A program made the position numbers and the translations under genes. Of a stretch of 64,000 bases of DNA, positions 22,142-40,440 are shown in pieces (position 1 is the first letter of the stretch; every line of letters starts with the position of its first letter). The stretch is from assembly GCF_009914755.1 (NCBI RefSeq), contig NC_060947.1; one strand, 5' to 3'. The notes under the pieces were generated by a model. The model ran no database searches, had not been told where the DNA came from, and worked only from the letters and a program-made list of their open reading frames with translations. This stretch comes from the human T2T-CHM13v2.0 reference genome, Homo sapiens.

Positions 22142-24336
22142 CTAAAAAGGTAAAAAGAAACTGAATGAAACTATTCACAGGATCTGCTGATTAGAAAGTT
22201 AACAGAATAAATATACTTGTTTTTACTGAATAAATTATCATGTTATTAACGCTTTTTGAACAAAGGGATACACTGTCTGTCTGGGTCTTTTTGTTTGTTT
22301 TTCCTATTATAATCTTCCCTTCACTGCAAATTACTCAGCAGAATGGCTTACTACTGCCACAGGAAGCAGATTCCAAACAGAGTGGTTTCAACAATCCAGC
22401 CATTTCACTCTTCCATTAAAATGGAAAAAATAGACTAAAAATCAATCCCCTTGATATTTAAGTGGCAAGCTTTTCTCCATGAGATTAAACCTGTCTTTCA
22501 TATTAACTACTTCCTGATCTGCCATTAATTAGAGCCTACATCTGGAAACTGCCCATTTGAAGCAAGAATGACCAGCTTTAATGAGACAAAGGCTATAGCC
22601 CAAAGCAAATGAGGTGTCAACATTCTCTTAAAAACAATAAAAAGGCTTTGTGGCCAGGCATGATGGCTCACTCCTGTAATCCCAGCACTTTGGGAGGCCG
22701 AGTGGGGCAGATCACCTGAGGTCAGGAGTTGGAGACCAGCCTGACCAACATGGTGAAACCCTGTCTCTACTAAAAATACAAAAATTAGCCGGGCGTGGTG
22801 GCACGCGCCTGTAGTCCCAGCTACTCGGGAGGCTGAGGCAGGAGAATCACTTCAATCCAGGAGGCGGAGGTTGCAGTGAGCCGAGATGGCGCCACTGCAC
22901 TCCAGCCTGGGCGTGTCTCAAAAAAAAAAAAGGCTTTGTACATGAATATCACATGATCCTAAAGGAAACGAGGGACCCGCTAGAAGGTACCCACCTTCAA
23001 GAAGTCTACAGTGAAGACAAGAAGAGATACATGGGTATCAGAAGGTATCAAAACTAGTTGCCATTTGGGAAAGGATTTTTTTTTTATTTTTATTTTTATT
23101 AATTAATTTTTTTTTTTTTGAGATAGAGTTTCGCTTTTGTCGCCCAGGCTGGAGTGCAGTGGCGCGACCTCGGCTCACTGCAACCTCCGCCTCCTGGATT
23201 CAAGTGATTACTCCTGCCTCAGCCTCCCGAGTAGCTGGGATTACAGGTGCCCGCCACCACGCCCAACTAATTTTTGTATTTTTGGTAGGGACAGGGTTTC
23301 GCTATGTTGGCCAGGCTGGTCTCAAACTCCTGACCTCAGGTGATCCACCTGCCTTGGCCTCCCAAACTGCTGGGATTACAGGCGTGAGCTACTGCGCCCG
23401 GCCTGGAAAAGGATTTGTTTTGTGTAATTCAGTTCAAGTCAGAACAAGCTATCCTCATTCTTTTAAATGACCTGAAATAATAAATGCCGAATTAGCCAGA
23501 AGATCTAAAGAACTGAGTATCGCTTCATTAAAATCCATTATTTCACGCCTGTAATCCCAACACTTTGGGAGGCTAAGACAGGAGTATCTCGTGAGGTCAG
23601 GAATTTGAGAACCAGCTTGGGCAACACAGCAGAGACCCCATCTCTACAAAAAAATAAAAATATTAGGCTGGGCACGGTGGCTCACGGCTGTAATCCCAGC
23701 ACTTTGGGAGGCCAAGGCAGGTGGATCACGAAGTCAGGAGATCGAGACCATCCTGGCTAACACAGTGAAACCTGGTCTCTACTAGAAATACAAAAAAATT
23801 AGCCGGGCGTGGTGGCAGGCACCTGTAGTCTCAGCTACTCGGGAGGCTGAGGCAGGAGAATGGCGTGAACCCAGAGGCGGTGCTTGCGGTGAGCCGAGAT
23901 CGCGCCACTGCACTCCAGCCTGGGGGACAGAGCGAGACTCCGTCTCAAAAAAATAAAAAAAATAAAAATAAAAATAAAAATATTAGTTGGGCATGGTGGT
24001 ATGTGTATGATGTCCGAGCTACTTGGGAGGCTGAGGTGGGCAGATCTCTTGAGCCCAGGAGTTCGAGATCAGCCCGGGCAACATGGTGAAACCTTGTCTC
24101 TACCAAAAAAAAAAAAAAAAAAGAAAAAACTTCAGATCAATATCTAGAATGATTGCCGACTTCTTTTGCTAGCTTAATATTTTTACTATTAAAAAAAATT
24201 AAGGCCGGGCACAGTGGGTCATGCCTGTAATCCCAGCACCTTGGGAGGCCGAGGTGGACGGATCACAAGGTCAAGAGATCAAGACCATCCTGGCCAACAT
24301 GGTGAAACCCCGTCTCTACTAAAAATACAAAAATTA

Positions 24337-24573
<237 letters not shown>

Positions 24574-25139
24574 TTAGAAATATTTCTACTCATAAAGGCT
24601 TTGTTCTACCCAGGAAAACAAAACCATTATAATTACAAAAACTATTATAATTACAAGCAAGTTTTTATATTTAGTAGTAGTGGAAATAAACATATAGATA
24701 ACTAATCCATCATCCAGAGAGGTATTTTGCTGCACTGAGTATCACGCATGGAAGAAAAGGTAAAAAACAAAAAGCAACCTTAGGCTAAAAGGTACAAAGT
24801 ACTTTTATTGCCAAAAAAACCAAACAAACAAACAAAAAAAAACAGACAGACTACAAGTAACAGTAGTCATGCCTACATGATACAAAAATATACACACAAA
24901 TTTGCTGACTTTATCTTAACTACCAGAAGTTTAAAAATCTTCTAGAACAAGAGAATAAAGTCTAATCATTTTACAACATGTTATGTTTAAAGTCTTTAGG
25001 TATTACTTAACTCAATAATATGGTTATGATACTTAAGTATAATGGCCTAATTCTTATTGTTGATAGAGTCCATGCTTTACTATTTTCTTTCTAAATTGGT
25101 GAACAAAAGTTCAACAGCAGCATAGGCAACGGAAATTAA

Positions 25140-25481
<342 letters not shown>

Positions 25482-26159
25482 CTAAATTTATAAATCTCAA
25501 GCAAGGTAAATCTAGACAATTTCCCACATATCTACATCTATTAGTTTTTATTAATTTCAATTTTCAAAATCAAGATCAAGTACAACAAACATATGTATCA
25601 AAGCCTACAAAAGCATTCTATAGATTGTAAACGTTGGTTACTGATGTTAAAAATCACAGAAATACTTTTCATTTACGTAATGACAAATGCCTGACCTAAA
25701 ACCCAGGCAGGGACAGAAACCAATCTGTATATGTAGTTCTTTGGTCACTAGAACAAATAGTTCAGTAATCCAGTATGGAATTCTACCCTATTTTAGTATA
25801 GCATTCAAAATGCCATATCCCCTCCTGGTTTAAGTGGCACTGATTTGTATAGTGGGGGGAGAAAAACTTCGCAATTTTTATGTAAGTGTTTACGTTGCAT
25901 CTTTTTCCTTTGTTTAGAGTTCCAGCCCACAAGCCTCCCCTGGTAGACAACAATGTTTTCATAACTGCAAGCAACAAGGTAGTTCCTAGCCCCTCTGCTC
26001 TCTAGTTAAGGCGTTACGCACTGCCCAGGGAGAGGGAAATTCTCTCTGTAGCTGTGGCAACAGCTGTCACCAGGAAGCTAGGGCATCTCTGCAACCCCTC
26101 CTCAGATGGCACTGAAGAACATCTGTAAGTCAGGCACTTTTAACTTGGGGCCTTGTATT

Positions 26160-26487
26160 TCAACATTTTTTGTGGGTACGTAGTAGGTATATACATTTAT
26201 GGGGCACATGAGATGTGTTGACACAGGCATGCAATGTGAAATAAGCACAATATGGAGAATGCGGAATCTATCCGCTCAAGCATTTATCCTTAGTGTTAAA
26301 AACAATCCAATTACACTCTTTAAGTTATTTTAAAATGTACAATTAAATTATTGTTGACTACAGTCATCCTGTTGTGCTATCAAATAGGTTTTATTCATTC
26401 TTGCTATTTTTTTTTTTTGCACCCATTAGCCATCCCCACCTTTCCCCCAGACCCCCACTACCCTTCCCAGCCTCTGTCAACCATCTC
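26160..26487 (-). mobile_element. L1MA-type 3' end
   Basis: TTTTTTGTGGGTACGTAGTAGG...CAATCCAATTACACTCTT...CCCCACTACCCTTCCCAGCCTCTG. Confidence 0.8.
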
Positions 26488-26580
26488 AGGGCCCTTTATC
26501 ATGCCTTTTTCCAAAAACATGCAGCCAATACAGACTTTCCTCTATGGACTCTAAACAGAAATGCGTTCACTCCATTTTCA

Positions 26581-26721
<141 letters not shown>

Positions 26722-26923
26722 TTAAAACAAAACAAAGATTTAAAAGATGTACTGTCTACAGGATACATTTATCAAATTTGTAAGTATTTAATATAATATT
26801 TCTAGTAATTCATGAATTACAGTGACTCTGTGGTCGGGTGTGGTGGTTCACGCTTGTAATCCCAGCACTTTGAGAAGCCAGGGCAGGCGGATCACTTAAG
26901 GTCAGGAGTTCGAGACCAGCCTA

Positions 26924-27109
<186 letters not shown>

Positions 27110-28266
27110 TCAAAAATAATAATAATAATACTTCATGAATTCCAGTGACTCTAAGGGTTACAAGCAACCTGAACTTTATCTCAAACTATCTCTGCACCTT
27201 ATTTCCATAATCAACGAGGCCAAGGCCAAAAGGGCAGGGCTATGAGGTGTCCTACTTTCTCCCCACCCACTGACTACAAACAAAGCAGCTCCTCTTTATC
27301 CATTTTATATACTGGTATTTGGTATTCCACCTTAGATTGAGCTTGGAAAAAAGATTTTATTACTCTAAAGGGTGGGTGAAGGGGTTAAAAAAGCTTGAGA
27401 GTAACCAAAGGGCATGTCATTCAGTTCAAATGATTGGTCTGATGTTAATCAAAGCAGGACAGCAGGTTTATTCTCCACCCAGAGAACTTCTTACAGCCAC
27501 TGCTGGCTGCCTTCTTTACCCTCAAAAATGCCACTGTGCCAAGGCCTGAGAAGCGAGTAAAGGGCAAAAGATAAGCTAATTAGCTTTATGTAAACACCAA
27601 TCTAGTAACCCTACCCAGGACTGAAGGTAGATCCTTACCTCACTTTATTCAAAGGCAACAGAAACTGAATATCCAAAATAATTAGTGGGAAGTACAGACC
27701 AAAAAGGAATGTAAACAGTAGAGAGAAGATTTCTTGTTTTTTTTTTTTTTAAATTTAGTATTTATTAAGTACATACTTATGAGCGGCTCCTCTAGCCAAG
27801 AAACAGAAAGGATCCAGATCTCTAATTTCTTAGAGAGGAAAAAATGTGAATATATTCTTGGCTCGATAAGAATCAAGATAAGCCAAGAATCAGGCAGACC
27901 ACTTAGAAAAGTGAGTTGTGCTTATAACCTGTTGGGACACAGTGGATTCCCCAGTAAACATTTATAAAGTATTCCTTAATTGTGCCCTTACCTAAGTATC
28001 ATTAAAGTTTATCTGTTGAAAAAGCCATAGTTTAATATTTCCCACAAATTAAACAAACTATAAGGAAATATATTTTCTCTGTTTAAATGTCTTCTGGCTG
28101 GGCGTGGTGGCTCACGCTTGTAATCCCAGCACTTTGGGAGGCCGAGGCAGGTGGATCACCTGAGGTCGGGAGTTCGAGACTAGCCTGGCCAACATGGTGA
28201 AACCTTGTCTCTACTAAAAATACAAAATTAGCCAGGCGTGGTGGCACATGCCTATAATCCCAGCTA

Positions 28267-28374
<108 letters not shown>

Positions 28375-28380
28375 TCAAAA

Positions 28381-28415
<35 letters not shown>

Positions 28416-28492
28416 ATGTATTTTAAACAGTCACATCTTCCTGATATACAATTTGTAAAAAATTATCCTACAGTAACTAAATCAGACACTCA

Positions 28493-28696
<204 letters not shown>

Positions 28697-28702
28697 TCAT
28701 AA

Positions 28703-29177
<475 letters not shown>

Positions 29178-29239
29178 CTACACTCCAGCCTGGGCAATAG
29201 AGTGAGACTCTGTTTCACACACACAAAATAATCGCTCCA

Positions 29240-29275
<36 letters not shown>

Positions 29276-29460
29276 TGGGCTGAGAGGAGGAGAGTTATGG
29301 TTTATTAATTTAATTGTGAATATAAAAAATGTGCTGGACGCAGTGGCTCACGCCTGTAATCCCAGCACTTTGGAAGGCAGAGGCGGGTGGGTGGATCACC
29401 AGGTCAGGCATTCGAGACCAGCCTGGCCAACATAGTGAAATCCCGTCTCTACTAAAATTA

Positions 29461-29790
<330 letters not shown>

Positions 29791-30311
29791 CTAATCTGTA
29801 TCGTGGAAGCAAAAGAAATCTGTAGCAAAACTGCATTGAAATTAAGACCTCAAGATGCACACTTAATACTTCAAGATGTATCAATTGTTTTTAAACCAGT
29901 TAAAGTAACAACCACCCTTTTTTTTCTTAATGGCTTTCAGCTCTTTATTTGCTTCTGAAATATGGGAATTTGCAGCCATACGTTTCAACAGATATTTTTG
30001 TTATATTTTAGCTGGCATTACGTTTTGTATTACAGAATAGCCTCATCTTTCACATTACAGGCACTGCAAATCTCAGTAATATGATTTCCAAGATGCTAAA
30101 TCATGCCTAAATAGTTAGAGAGAAATCAATCACTCATTTATTTTCCACCTCTCCTCCATCCATTTCCTTTTGTCTCATTTGAGCAGGAAATAAACAATTA
30201 TTGAGCATGCCTTGTGTGTTAGGCACAGCCATAGAAATAGGAATATGGAGTAAGACATATCCTCACCCTGAAAGGGCTTCCATTCTGGTAGGAAGAACTT
30301 GATAGATGTAA

Positions 30312-30632
<321 letters not shown>

Positions 30633-30779
30633 TAAAAAATAAAATAAGGGAGGCTGAGGCACAAGAATCGCTTGAACCCAGGAGGTGGAGATTGCAGTGA
30701 GCCAAGATACTGCCACTGCACTCCAGCCTGGGCAACAGAGCGAGACCCTGTCTCAAAAAGTAAATAAATAAAAGAAAAG

Positions 30780-31594
30780 TGATACGGGAGGGGCAGGCAG
30801 GGAAATGCTGGGTAGAGAAGGGCGTGGTCCCTGGCTAGGGCTCCACCCCTGGGCCTGTGCCCACCAACCTAGGTGAGGACAGGCATTTCTGTTTTTGTGC
30901 CCAAATATCGTATTTCCCAAGACCACCCTGGCCCACCACACTCCCATCTTGTGCCTATAAAAACCCCGAGACCCTAGCGGGCAGGCACACAAGCGGCTGG
31001 ACGTCAAGAGAAGCAGAGGCAAGGAACAACATACCAGCAGAAGAACACAGTGACAGACTCCGGCAGGCCACCAACAGCAGAACGGCAGGACAACGCGGAG
31101 TTTGGCTGAGGGCGGTCAGAGGAGAGCCTGGCTGCTAAGCGGCCTGACTCCAGGGGAAAACCACCTTCCCACTCCATACCCCTTCTGGCTCCGTTTCCAT
31201 CTGCTGAGTGCTACTTCCACCATTCAATAAAACCTTGCACTCATCCTCCAAGCCCACGTGTGATCCGGTTTTTCTGGTATACTCAGGCAAGAACCCTAGG
31301 ATACAGAAAGCCCTCTGTCCTTGCAATAAGGCAGAGGGTCTAACTGAGCTGATGAACACAAGCTGCCTACTGACAGCAAAACTAAAAGAGCACACGTAAC
31401 ACACGCCCACTGGGGCTGCAGAAGCTGTAAACATCCACCCCTAGACGCTGCCATGGGGTTGGAGCCCACACTCCCCACGACCTGCCCATCTGCCTGCTTT
31501 CCCTAGGGGTTTTGAGCAGTGGGGCACCTAAGAAGTGGGCCACACTCCCATCACATGCCCTGTAAGAGGGACAAGGGAAATTCCCCTTGTTTCA
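30780..31594 (+). mobile_element. Full-length ERV1 solo LTR (LTR1 family-like)
   Basis: TG...CA ends, 4-bp TSD AAAG on both sides, GGCGTGGTCCCTGGCTAGGGCTCCACCCC motif, TATAAAAA at 30956, AATAAA at 31226. Confidence 0.85.
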
Positions 31595-32101
31595 AAAGCA
31601 TGAATTCTCCCGGCTCTTAGGCAGTTCTACAGAAAGACAAAACAAGTATAGGACATTATAGACAGAGGAATCAGCATGTGTGAAGCCACGAAGCTGGGAA
31701 ACAGCATGGGAGAAGTGTAGGGAGTTCGAGTTTTGTGGGAGGGAGCAGAGTGACAGAGAGATGAGTCAGAGAAGTTGGTTGTAGCCAGATCATAATGGGA
31801 CTCGTGTGGCTCACATAAAAGTCCTAGGTAATAAATACCAAAAGATCTCAAATAAGGATGGAATATAGAATCGAGTTTGCCATTTAGAAAGACGATTATT
31901 TCTCAGTGTGGCGCTTTAAGTCATTAAAGGGCCAGCTGACCAGTTATGGTGCTGCTAAAACAATGAAGGAAAGAAATAAGGGCCCAAGGAAAGATTGCAC
32001 AGGAGAGGAGAAAGAGGAGAAAGTAGAATTGAGATAGTTTAATAGGCAGAATTAGCAGGACTTAGTGACCAAAGGGAAAGGAAGAGTGACGATGACCTTG
32101 G

Positions 32102-32461
32102 TTTAATTTTTATTTTCATTTATTTTAATTTTTAAACTGACAAGAATCGTGTATATTTATTGTGTACAACATGCTGTTTTGAAATATGTGTACATTGTGG
32201 AATGGCTAAATTGAGCTAATTAACATATGCACTACCTCACAAATTAATTTTTGTGGAATCTAAAAAGGTTGAACTAATGGAAGTAGAGAGCACAATGGTG
32301 GCTACCAGGGCAAGGGCTGGGGGGAGTTGGGGAGATATTGGTCAAAAGTACAAAGTTTCAGTTAGGAGGAGTAGTTCAAGAGATCTGTTGTACAACATAA
32401 TGACTAGAGTTAACAACAATGTATTGGATTTTCGAAAATCAGGAAAAGAGTAGATTTTAAG
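32102..32461 (-). mobile_element. Short L1MA element with a 5' inversion
   Basis: T-rich tail and minus-strand 3' end (32102-32250), then a plus-strand upstream piece (32252-32461). TSD tgaccttgg. Confidence 0.75.
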
Positions 32462-32779
32462 TGACCTTGGGGTTTCCGATGGGTTTTTCTAGTTGGGTGG
32501 TGACACAGCATTCCTGAGAGAGGAAGTAGAAAAAGAGGGGCAAGTCTGAGGGAAAAATGATGAGTTGGTTTTGGACATGTTCCAGAGACCGACAGACAGC
32601 TAGAGGTCTAGTCATCTATCTATGTATCTTTTATTTTACTTGAAAAGCTAAAGTAGGCAAACTTAGAAACTGTTGTCTTTTGGAAATTAAGAAAAAGTTG
32701 ACCTGAAATTTTAAGTCCATAAGAACATGTTTTTTGGGTCTGGACTTCCTCAGCACTTCAGGGGTGTATTTATTTCTCA

Positions 32780-33288
<509 letters not shown>

Positions 33289-33650
33289 TAATTATTAATT
33301 TCTACTTTACCTTCCCCTCTTATCTTACTTGTTTTTCTAGTTTTAATATTATTCTAGGCCTGCCTCCCTTTACTGCCTAAACTGTTTTCTTCTTCTTCCT
33401 CTTCTCCTATTAGTTTTCCTCCCTAAGCCTACCCTGATACCCATTCCACAGCAAGAACTGTGGCCACAAGGGTGGTAGCACCAAAGAAAGCTGGCTCCTG
33501 CAGCGGCCTTTTCAGCTTCCAGCAGGCTCTCAACAGACAAGCAAACAAAACAAAGAAAAAGCAAACCTCACCCCAGGAGACCTGGGAGACCTACAAATGA
33601 ACACTCCCCAGGACCATAATTCTTAGTTTGCAGAGAACACATGATTTACT

Positions 33651-33857
33651 CGAGGATTTCTCAAACTCAGCACTACTGACATTTGGGTTGGGTCCTTCTT
33701 TGTGGGGCTGTCCTGTGCACTGCAGGAAGTTTGGCAGCATCCCTAGCCTCTACCCACTAGATGCCAGTAGCACCTCCTCCCAGTCACGACAGTCAAAAAC
33801 ATCTCCAGACACTGCCAAATGTCTCCTGGGGAGCAACTCTCCCACTGAGAACCTCTG
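33651..33857. mobile_element. MER20 hAT DNA transposon
   Basis: GGGGCTGTCCTGTGCACTGCAGGA..TTTGGCAGCATCCCTAGCCTCTACCCACTAGATGCCAGTAGCACC...CTCCAGACACTGCCAAATGTC. Confidence 0.88.
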
Positions 33858-34857
33858 ATTTACTTGAGTAAGTATTACTTTCTGACATCTCTCACCATCT
33901 AGACTTGAAGAAAATCTGTATGTTTTAAAACCCATGGCCTCAAACATAGTGAGAAACCAGAACAATCACTACTAGGCCGGGGAGGTGGGAGTTGGAAGGA
34001 AGTGGACTTACTGAGAAGTGGCACAAGTGAACTTTCTGGGGTGAAACAATCTTGATTGGGGTATGGGTTATTCAAGGTATATACATTTGTCAAAGCTCAA
34101 ATTGTACAACTAAGACTGTACAACTTAAAAATCTATGTATTTCACTCTATGTAAATTAGACTTTTTAAAAAATCCATCAGCTCTAGCATACCTAATCCAT
34201 GCCAAGCTCATTCCTAAGGAGCCAGCCACACACCTGACCATGGTAAGGAACTGGTATAGATCTGTGTGATGGAAACCCATGGGAGGAGCCTTGGTAAAAG
34301 GTCCCCAGGTAGACATGGCTGAAGCTGATGCACTCAACATCTTGGCTGATTCATCTTCCTTTTTAGCTTCAAAGGGGGCTCCTCCTGGTGCGAGATGACC
34401 CCACCCTGCCTCAGCATGCTCACCACCTTTCCCTCTTAACAGTAAAAAGGAAGCTGGCCAGACCAGATGTCATCACAAATGGCCATCTTCGACACTGTGT
34501 GCCTGCCAGGTGGTTATCATAATTTGTTAGGGCTCATATTGAGTATTCAGGCCAACCTATTCAAAATCAGGATTTAAGAAGGGAAAGGCTAAGATGGGTA
34601 GAATCACCCCAGGACAGTGTAAGGGCACAAAGAGGAGATGAACCTTCTTCAATCTTTTGTCTCCCCAAGGAAGAACAATCCAGTTCTTTGAAGAAACACA
34701 ATCAACTTTCAGGGTCTGGGACATAATAAAAAAAAATCTCTAGCCTTATCAACTTTCCTCCTGTTCGCACTCTGGATGGGTTGCTTTGTGAGACATGAAC
34801 ACAAAGGTATTCTCTCTCCATGAGGAGTCCTGACCCATTATGATATAATCGGACTGA

Positions 34858-35145
<288 letters not shown>

Positions 35146-36310
35146 TGATCCGTCCGCCTCGGCCTCCTAAAGTGCTGGGATTACAGGCATGAGCCACTGT
35201 GCCCGGCCTCCCCCAAACTTTTTCTGATGCAGGGCTGTAATCTCTAGACTGCATGTACCCACGCCCTGAGCACTCCCTTTCCCAAGTGATAGTCCTTGAG
35301 AAGCCTTGTTGCCAGGTACACTCCCTGGTCAGGGCAGATGAGTTGGCTCAGAAAATGAGTACATATGCACCTGCCAAGAACTGATTAGATATGGTCTACT
35401 TTGCATTATATGAGTTAGGCTTGCTCAATCAAAGTCAAGCAAGCTCTGTTAAGAGCTGAATCTCCAATTAGTGCTAAGTTACAGGCTAGATCAAAGGTGG
35501 CATTTCTTTAGATCCAGCCCCTCGGGAGTATACCCTTCAGTTACTAAATGCCTTTCTTGGCATTCAGCTAGTTGGGGGTCTCAAAGTAAGGACTCTAATG
35601 TGTTGGCTTCTCTGAGGTTTTGAATACAGCTGTAAGACCCATAGTCACAGAGAAAACGAAAATTTGGCTTAAAGGTAAACTGGTGGCCCTTAGCTTTGCA
35701 AACCTCAGAGGGAGTGTCATTGAGTTTTCTCACTCTTGTGGCTAACTCTTCTTTCTTTCTGGTCTGATCCTACTCCCCAGCAAAGTATCAAGGTACACTC
35801 TATCTTGGACCTTAGACTCTCTATGTCTCAAAACTTTTGTTTCGCACAGCCCGCAAGGGGCTTGTCAATGGAAACAGAGCAACCAGTATTGGTGTTGGGT
35901 TAGATGAGGCCCTAACAAGAAGTGTAAAGGGGTAGGCTGTCATCATCTTAAAGACATTTGGTTCTTACTCTGTCTCCACTGAAGCTTGCGAAGGACTGAT
36001 GTTGGCAAAACAAATCTGGTCAGGCAAGCAAGGTTATATATAACAATTAGAAGAGGTCAACCAGGGTTTTATTTCAAAAACAAATATTTACTGCACACCC
36101 ACATCATGTCAGACATGGTACTAAACAGATAAAACACATAAGCAGACAAGGTCCCTGCTCTTATAGAGCTTCCAGGAAGCTTATGAATTTAATCAAAGAC
36201 TCAGGCCACAATTTAAAAAATAAATTAACATTCAAAAAAAGATTCAGGGCCCAGCACAGTGGCTCACGCCTATAATCCCACCACTTTGGGAGGCCGAGGC
36301 AGGTGGATCA

Positions 36311-36550
<240 letters not shown>

Positions 36551-38185
36551 TCAGGCATAAGATTGAGTTTATTAGGAGGCTGAAGTGGGAGGATCACTTG
36601 AGGCCAGAAGTTTAAGACCAGCCTGGGCAACATAACAAGACTCCATCTCTACAAAAAAAAAAAAAAAAATTAGCCAGGTGTTTGGGGCATGCCTATGGTC
36701 TCAGCTACTTGGGAGGCTGAGGTGGGAGGATTACTTGAGCCCAGGAGGTCAAGGATGCAGTGAGCTATAATCGCGTCACTGCATTCCAGCCTGAGTGACT
36801 GAGCAAGACTCTGCCTCAAAAAATAAAATAAAATAAAAAGATTGAGTTTATCAGTCAGCTCCCTCAGCTTTAAAGGTAGATTCTTAGACACAGTTTACCA
36901 AGACATGAATCTGGTAAGGTCGTAAACAAACAAATCATAATGGGTGTCCAGAAGGCTAAACTGTTCTTGCTTTGCAAATAAAAGTACACTGACTGCCCAG
37001 AATTCCATAGCTCTGGGATCATGTTGTGATTATGTTCCAGTAAAACTGCCTTAAAGACAAATAAAAACCTTAAGCTAAATAAGTCACCCTCAGAATTATT
37101 CAGACTCTCATGAATGGTGGGGCTCAAATACCTAACAACTTGCTTTCTTTTTCAACTTTATAGAGAATCTAGTGAATACTCTCTCCCATTTAAAAAAAGG
37201 GTGACTCTTTTCTCCCACAATTACAGAACTATTATCTTATTAGACTTCCATTTATAATATATGCCAGCTTCATGATAGAAGGCTTTTGCAGGCCTGTGTA
37301 CACAAGAGGTTTCAGAATCACCTGGGGAGTTGTTTTTTTTTTTTTTTTTTTTTTTTAAGACAGAGCCTCGCTCTGTCGCCCAGGCTGGAGTGCAGTGGTG
37401 CGATCTTGGCTCACTGCAAGCTCCGCCTCCTGGGTTCATGCCATTCTCCTGCCTCAGCCTCCTGGTAGCTGGGACTACAGGCACCAGCCACCACGCCTGG
37501 CTAATTTTTTGTATTTTTAGTAGAGACGGGGTTTCACTGTGTTAGCCAGGATGGTCTCAATCTTCTGACCTCGTGATCCGCCCACCTCGGCCTCCCAAAG
37601 TGCTGGGATTACAGGCGTCAGCCACCGCGCCCGGCCCACCTGGGGAATTTTTTAAAAGCATAGATTCTAACAGCTTCCCCCAGAGTGTCTGACTCTGAAT
37701 CTAAGAGGGGCCCAAGAATCTATTCCCAAGATAAGCAAAGTTTTGAAAACCACCATTCCACAAACATATGCTTAGAGAACAGTTATTCAACTTAAGTTTG
37801 TATAAGCACTCAAACATACTTTTAAAAACATTTGAAAGTATAAAATGAAAACTGTCCTAAATATAAAAAGAAACAGAGTGACTGGCCACCCACTAGAGAA
37901 ATTATGACATTTATTTACATTCAAGAAAATCTCTCCCGTCTTAAACAAAACACAACAAATACCCTCCACCCCTAATTCCCTCTCTAACAACTACCTTACC
38001 CTTCTACCAACTTCCATTGACAAATTTATTTTAAAAGTAGACTATGGTTAGAAGGCAGAATAGTGGATACCCTTAGCAAGCTGGGTAGTGACTAGAAGGG
38101 CCACGAGAAGAGCTTCTAGAGTGCTAGTATGTTTAGTTTGTAAAAATTCACTTATGCCCCGTTTACTTTCCTATATGTATGTTAT

Positions 38186-38534
38186 ACAAATGGTCTCAGA
38201 CTTACAAATGGTTCAACCTTACATGGTGCAGAAGCGATACGCATTCTGTAGAAACCGCACTTTGAGTACCCATATAACCATTCTGCTTTTCACTTTCAGT
38301 GCAGTATTCAATAATGTACATGAAACATTCAATAGTTTATTATAAAATAGGCTTTGTGTTAGATGATTCTGCCCAACTGTGGGCTACTGGAAGTGTTCTG
38401 AGTACATTTAAGGGAGGGTAGGCTAAATTATGATGTTTGGTAGGTTAGGTGTGTTAATTTTTGACTTAATGATATTTTCAACTTATGATAGGTTTATCAG
38501 AATGCAACCCCACCACAAGCTGAGGAGCATCCGC
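38186..38534 (-). mobile_element. MER47A-like Tigger DNA transposon
   Basis: ATAAAATAGGCTTTGTGTTAGATGATT..GCCCAACTGT...GGTAGGTTAGGTG...GAGGAGCATC terminus. Confidence 0.8.
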
Positions 38535-38899
38535 ATTTAAGCACAAAGTCAAAAAGGCAGATTCTGTTTGCTTTCTCAATTTTATCTCCTCCTCCCTTTA
38601 CTACTAAATGCACCTAAAACCTTTCTTCCCAAGACCACCAATAGCCTCCCAGTTGCTAAACCCCACTGGACATCTGGCATCTTGGTTGCACCCTGAAACT
38701 GGTGACTACTCTACATCTTCAACCCCTTTCTTTGGCTTACAGGATTCTACCCTATCCCCATTCTAGAGGCTTTCTAGGTACTCTCTCCTCCCCTTTTGGG
38801 CCTTCTCTTCCTCTGCATAGCTCTTCAAGGTTGATGAGTCATGGAGTAGTCTTTAACTCTCTCCTCTTCTCACTCCAGGGCAATTTCATTAAAATCTAA

Positions 38900-39208
<309 letters not shown>

Positions 39209-39479
39209 TAAGTCTTTAACTCCCACTCATATGCTACTGATGCTCAAATCAGTATCCCTAGCCTGGGCCTCTCCCTAAGCCTCAGGCTTGTGTGTTTCCT
39301 GTGTTTCTAACTCCCTGAGGGACATGTTACCAGGCTTTTCAACTGCTACTTCAAACAGGCTATATCCAAAGGTGACCTTTTTTTTGGAGTGATGGAATAT
39401 ATTATTTCTATTTTCCATGTAAATAATTTAAACTCTCTCTATGTAAGTATATATACACTTACAGTATCTTACCCTTCTA

Positions 39480-39630
39480 CCAAGTTTATATGTATGTATA
39501 TAAACTATATGTATATATATACTTATAGACTTATACATACTATATATACTTAAAAATATAGTTTATATAGTTTAAGTATATATAATACTTTATGTATTTC
39601 TATATATAGTTTACATTTATATATTTAAAA
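39480..39630. repeat. AT-rich (TA)-like low-complexity tract
   Basis: Imperfect TATATA/TATAC repeats. Confidence 0.75.
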
Positions 39631-39751
39631 TGTATGACATTATGCTTTCAACTATCTTTCTCCAAAACCTGTTTTTATGAGATTCTCTACCTTATTTAAT
39701 GATCCTACAAGCCACACAAAGGACAACATAAAAGCAACTCTTTAATGATAA

Positions 39752-40171
<420 letters not shown>

Positions 40172-40338
40172 TGATCCACCTGCCTTGGCCTCTCATACTG
40201 CTGGAATTGGCCAAGGTGGGCAGTTCACGAGGTCAGGAAATCGAGACCATCCTAGAAACACAGTGAAACCCCATCTCTACTAAAAATACAAAAAATTAGC
40301 AGGGCATGGTGGCGGGCGCCTGTAGTCCCAGCTACTCA

Positions 40339-40440
<102 letters not shown>

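Noticed and set aside
27639-27664. Minus-strand donor GAG|gtaagg with a nearby AG (26 nt)
   Set aside because: Weak acceptor; such motifs are common by chance.
35969-36015. 47-nt minus-strand exon-like segment (cag|...AGA|gtaaga)
   Set aside because: Isolated, with no partner exons; cannot be distinguished from chance.
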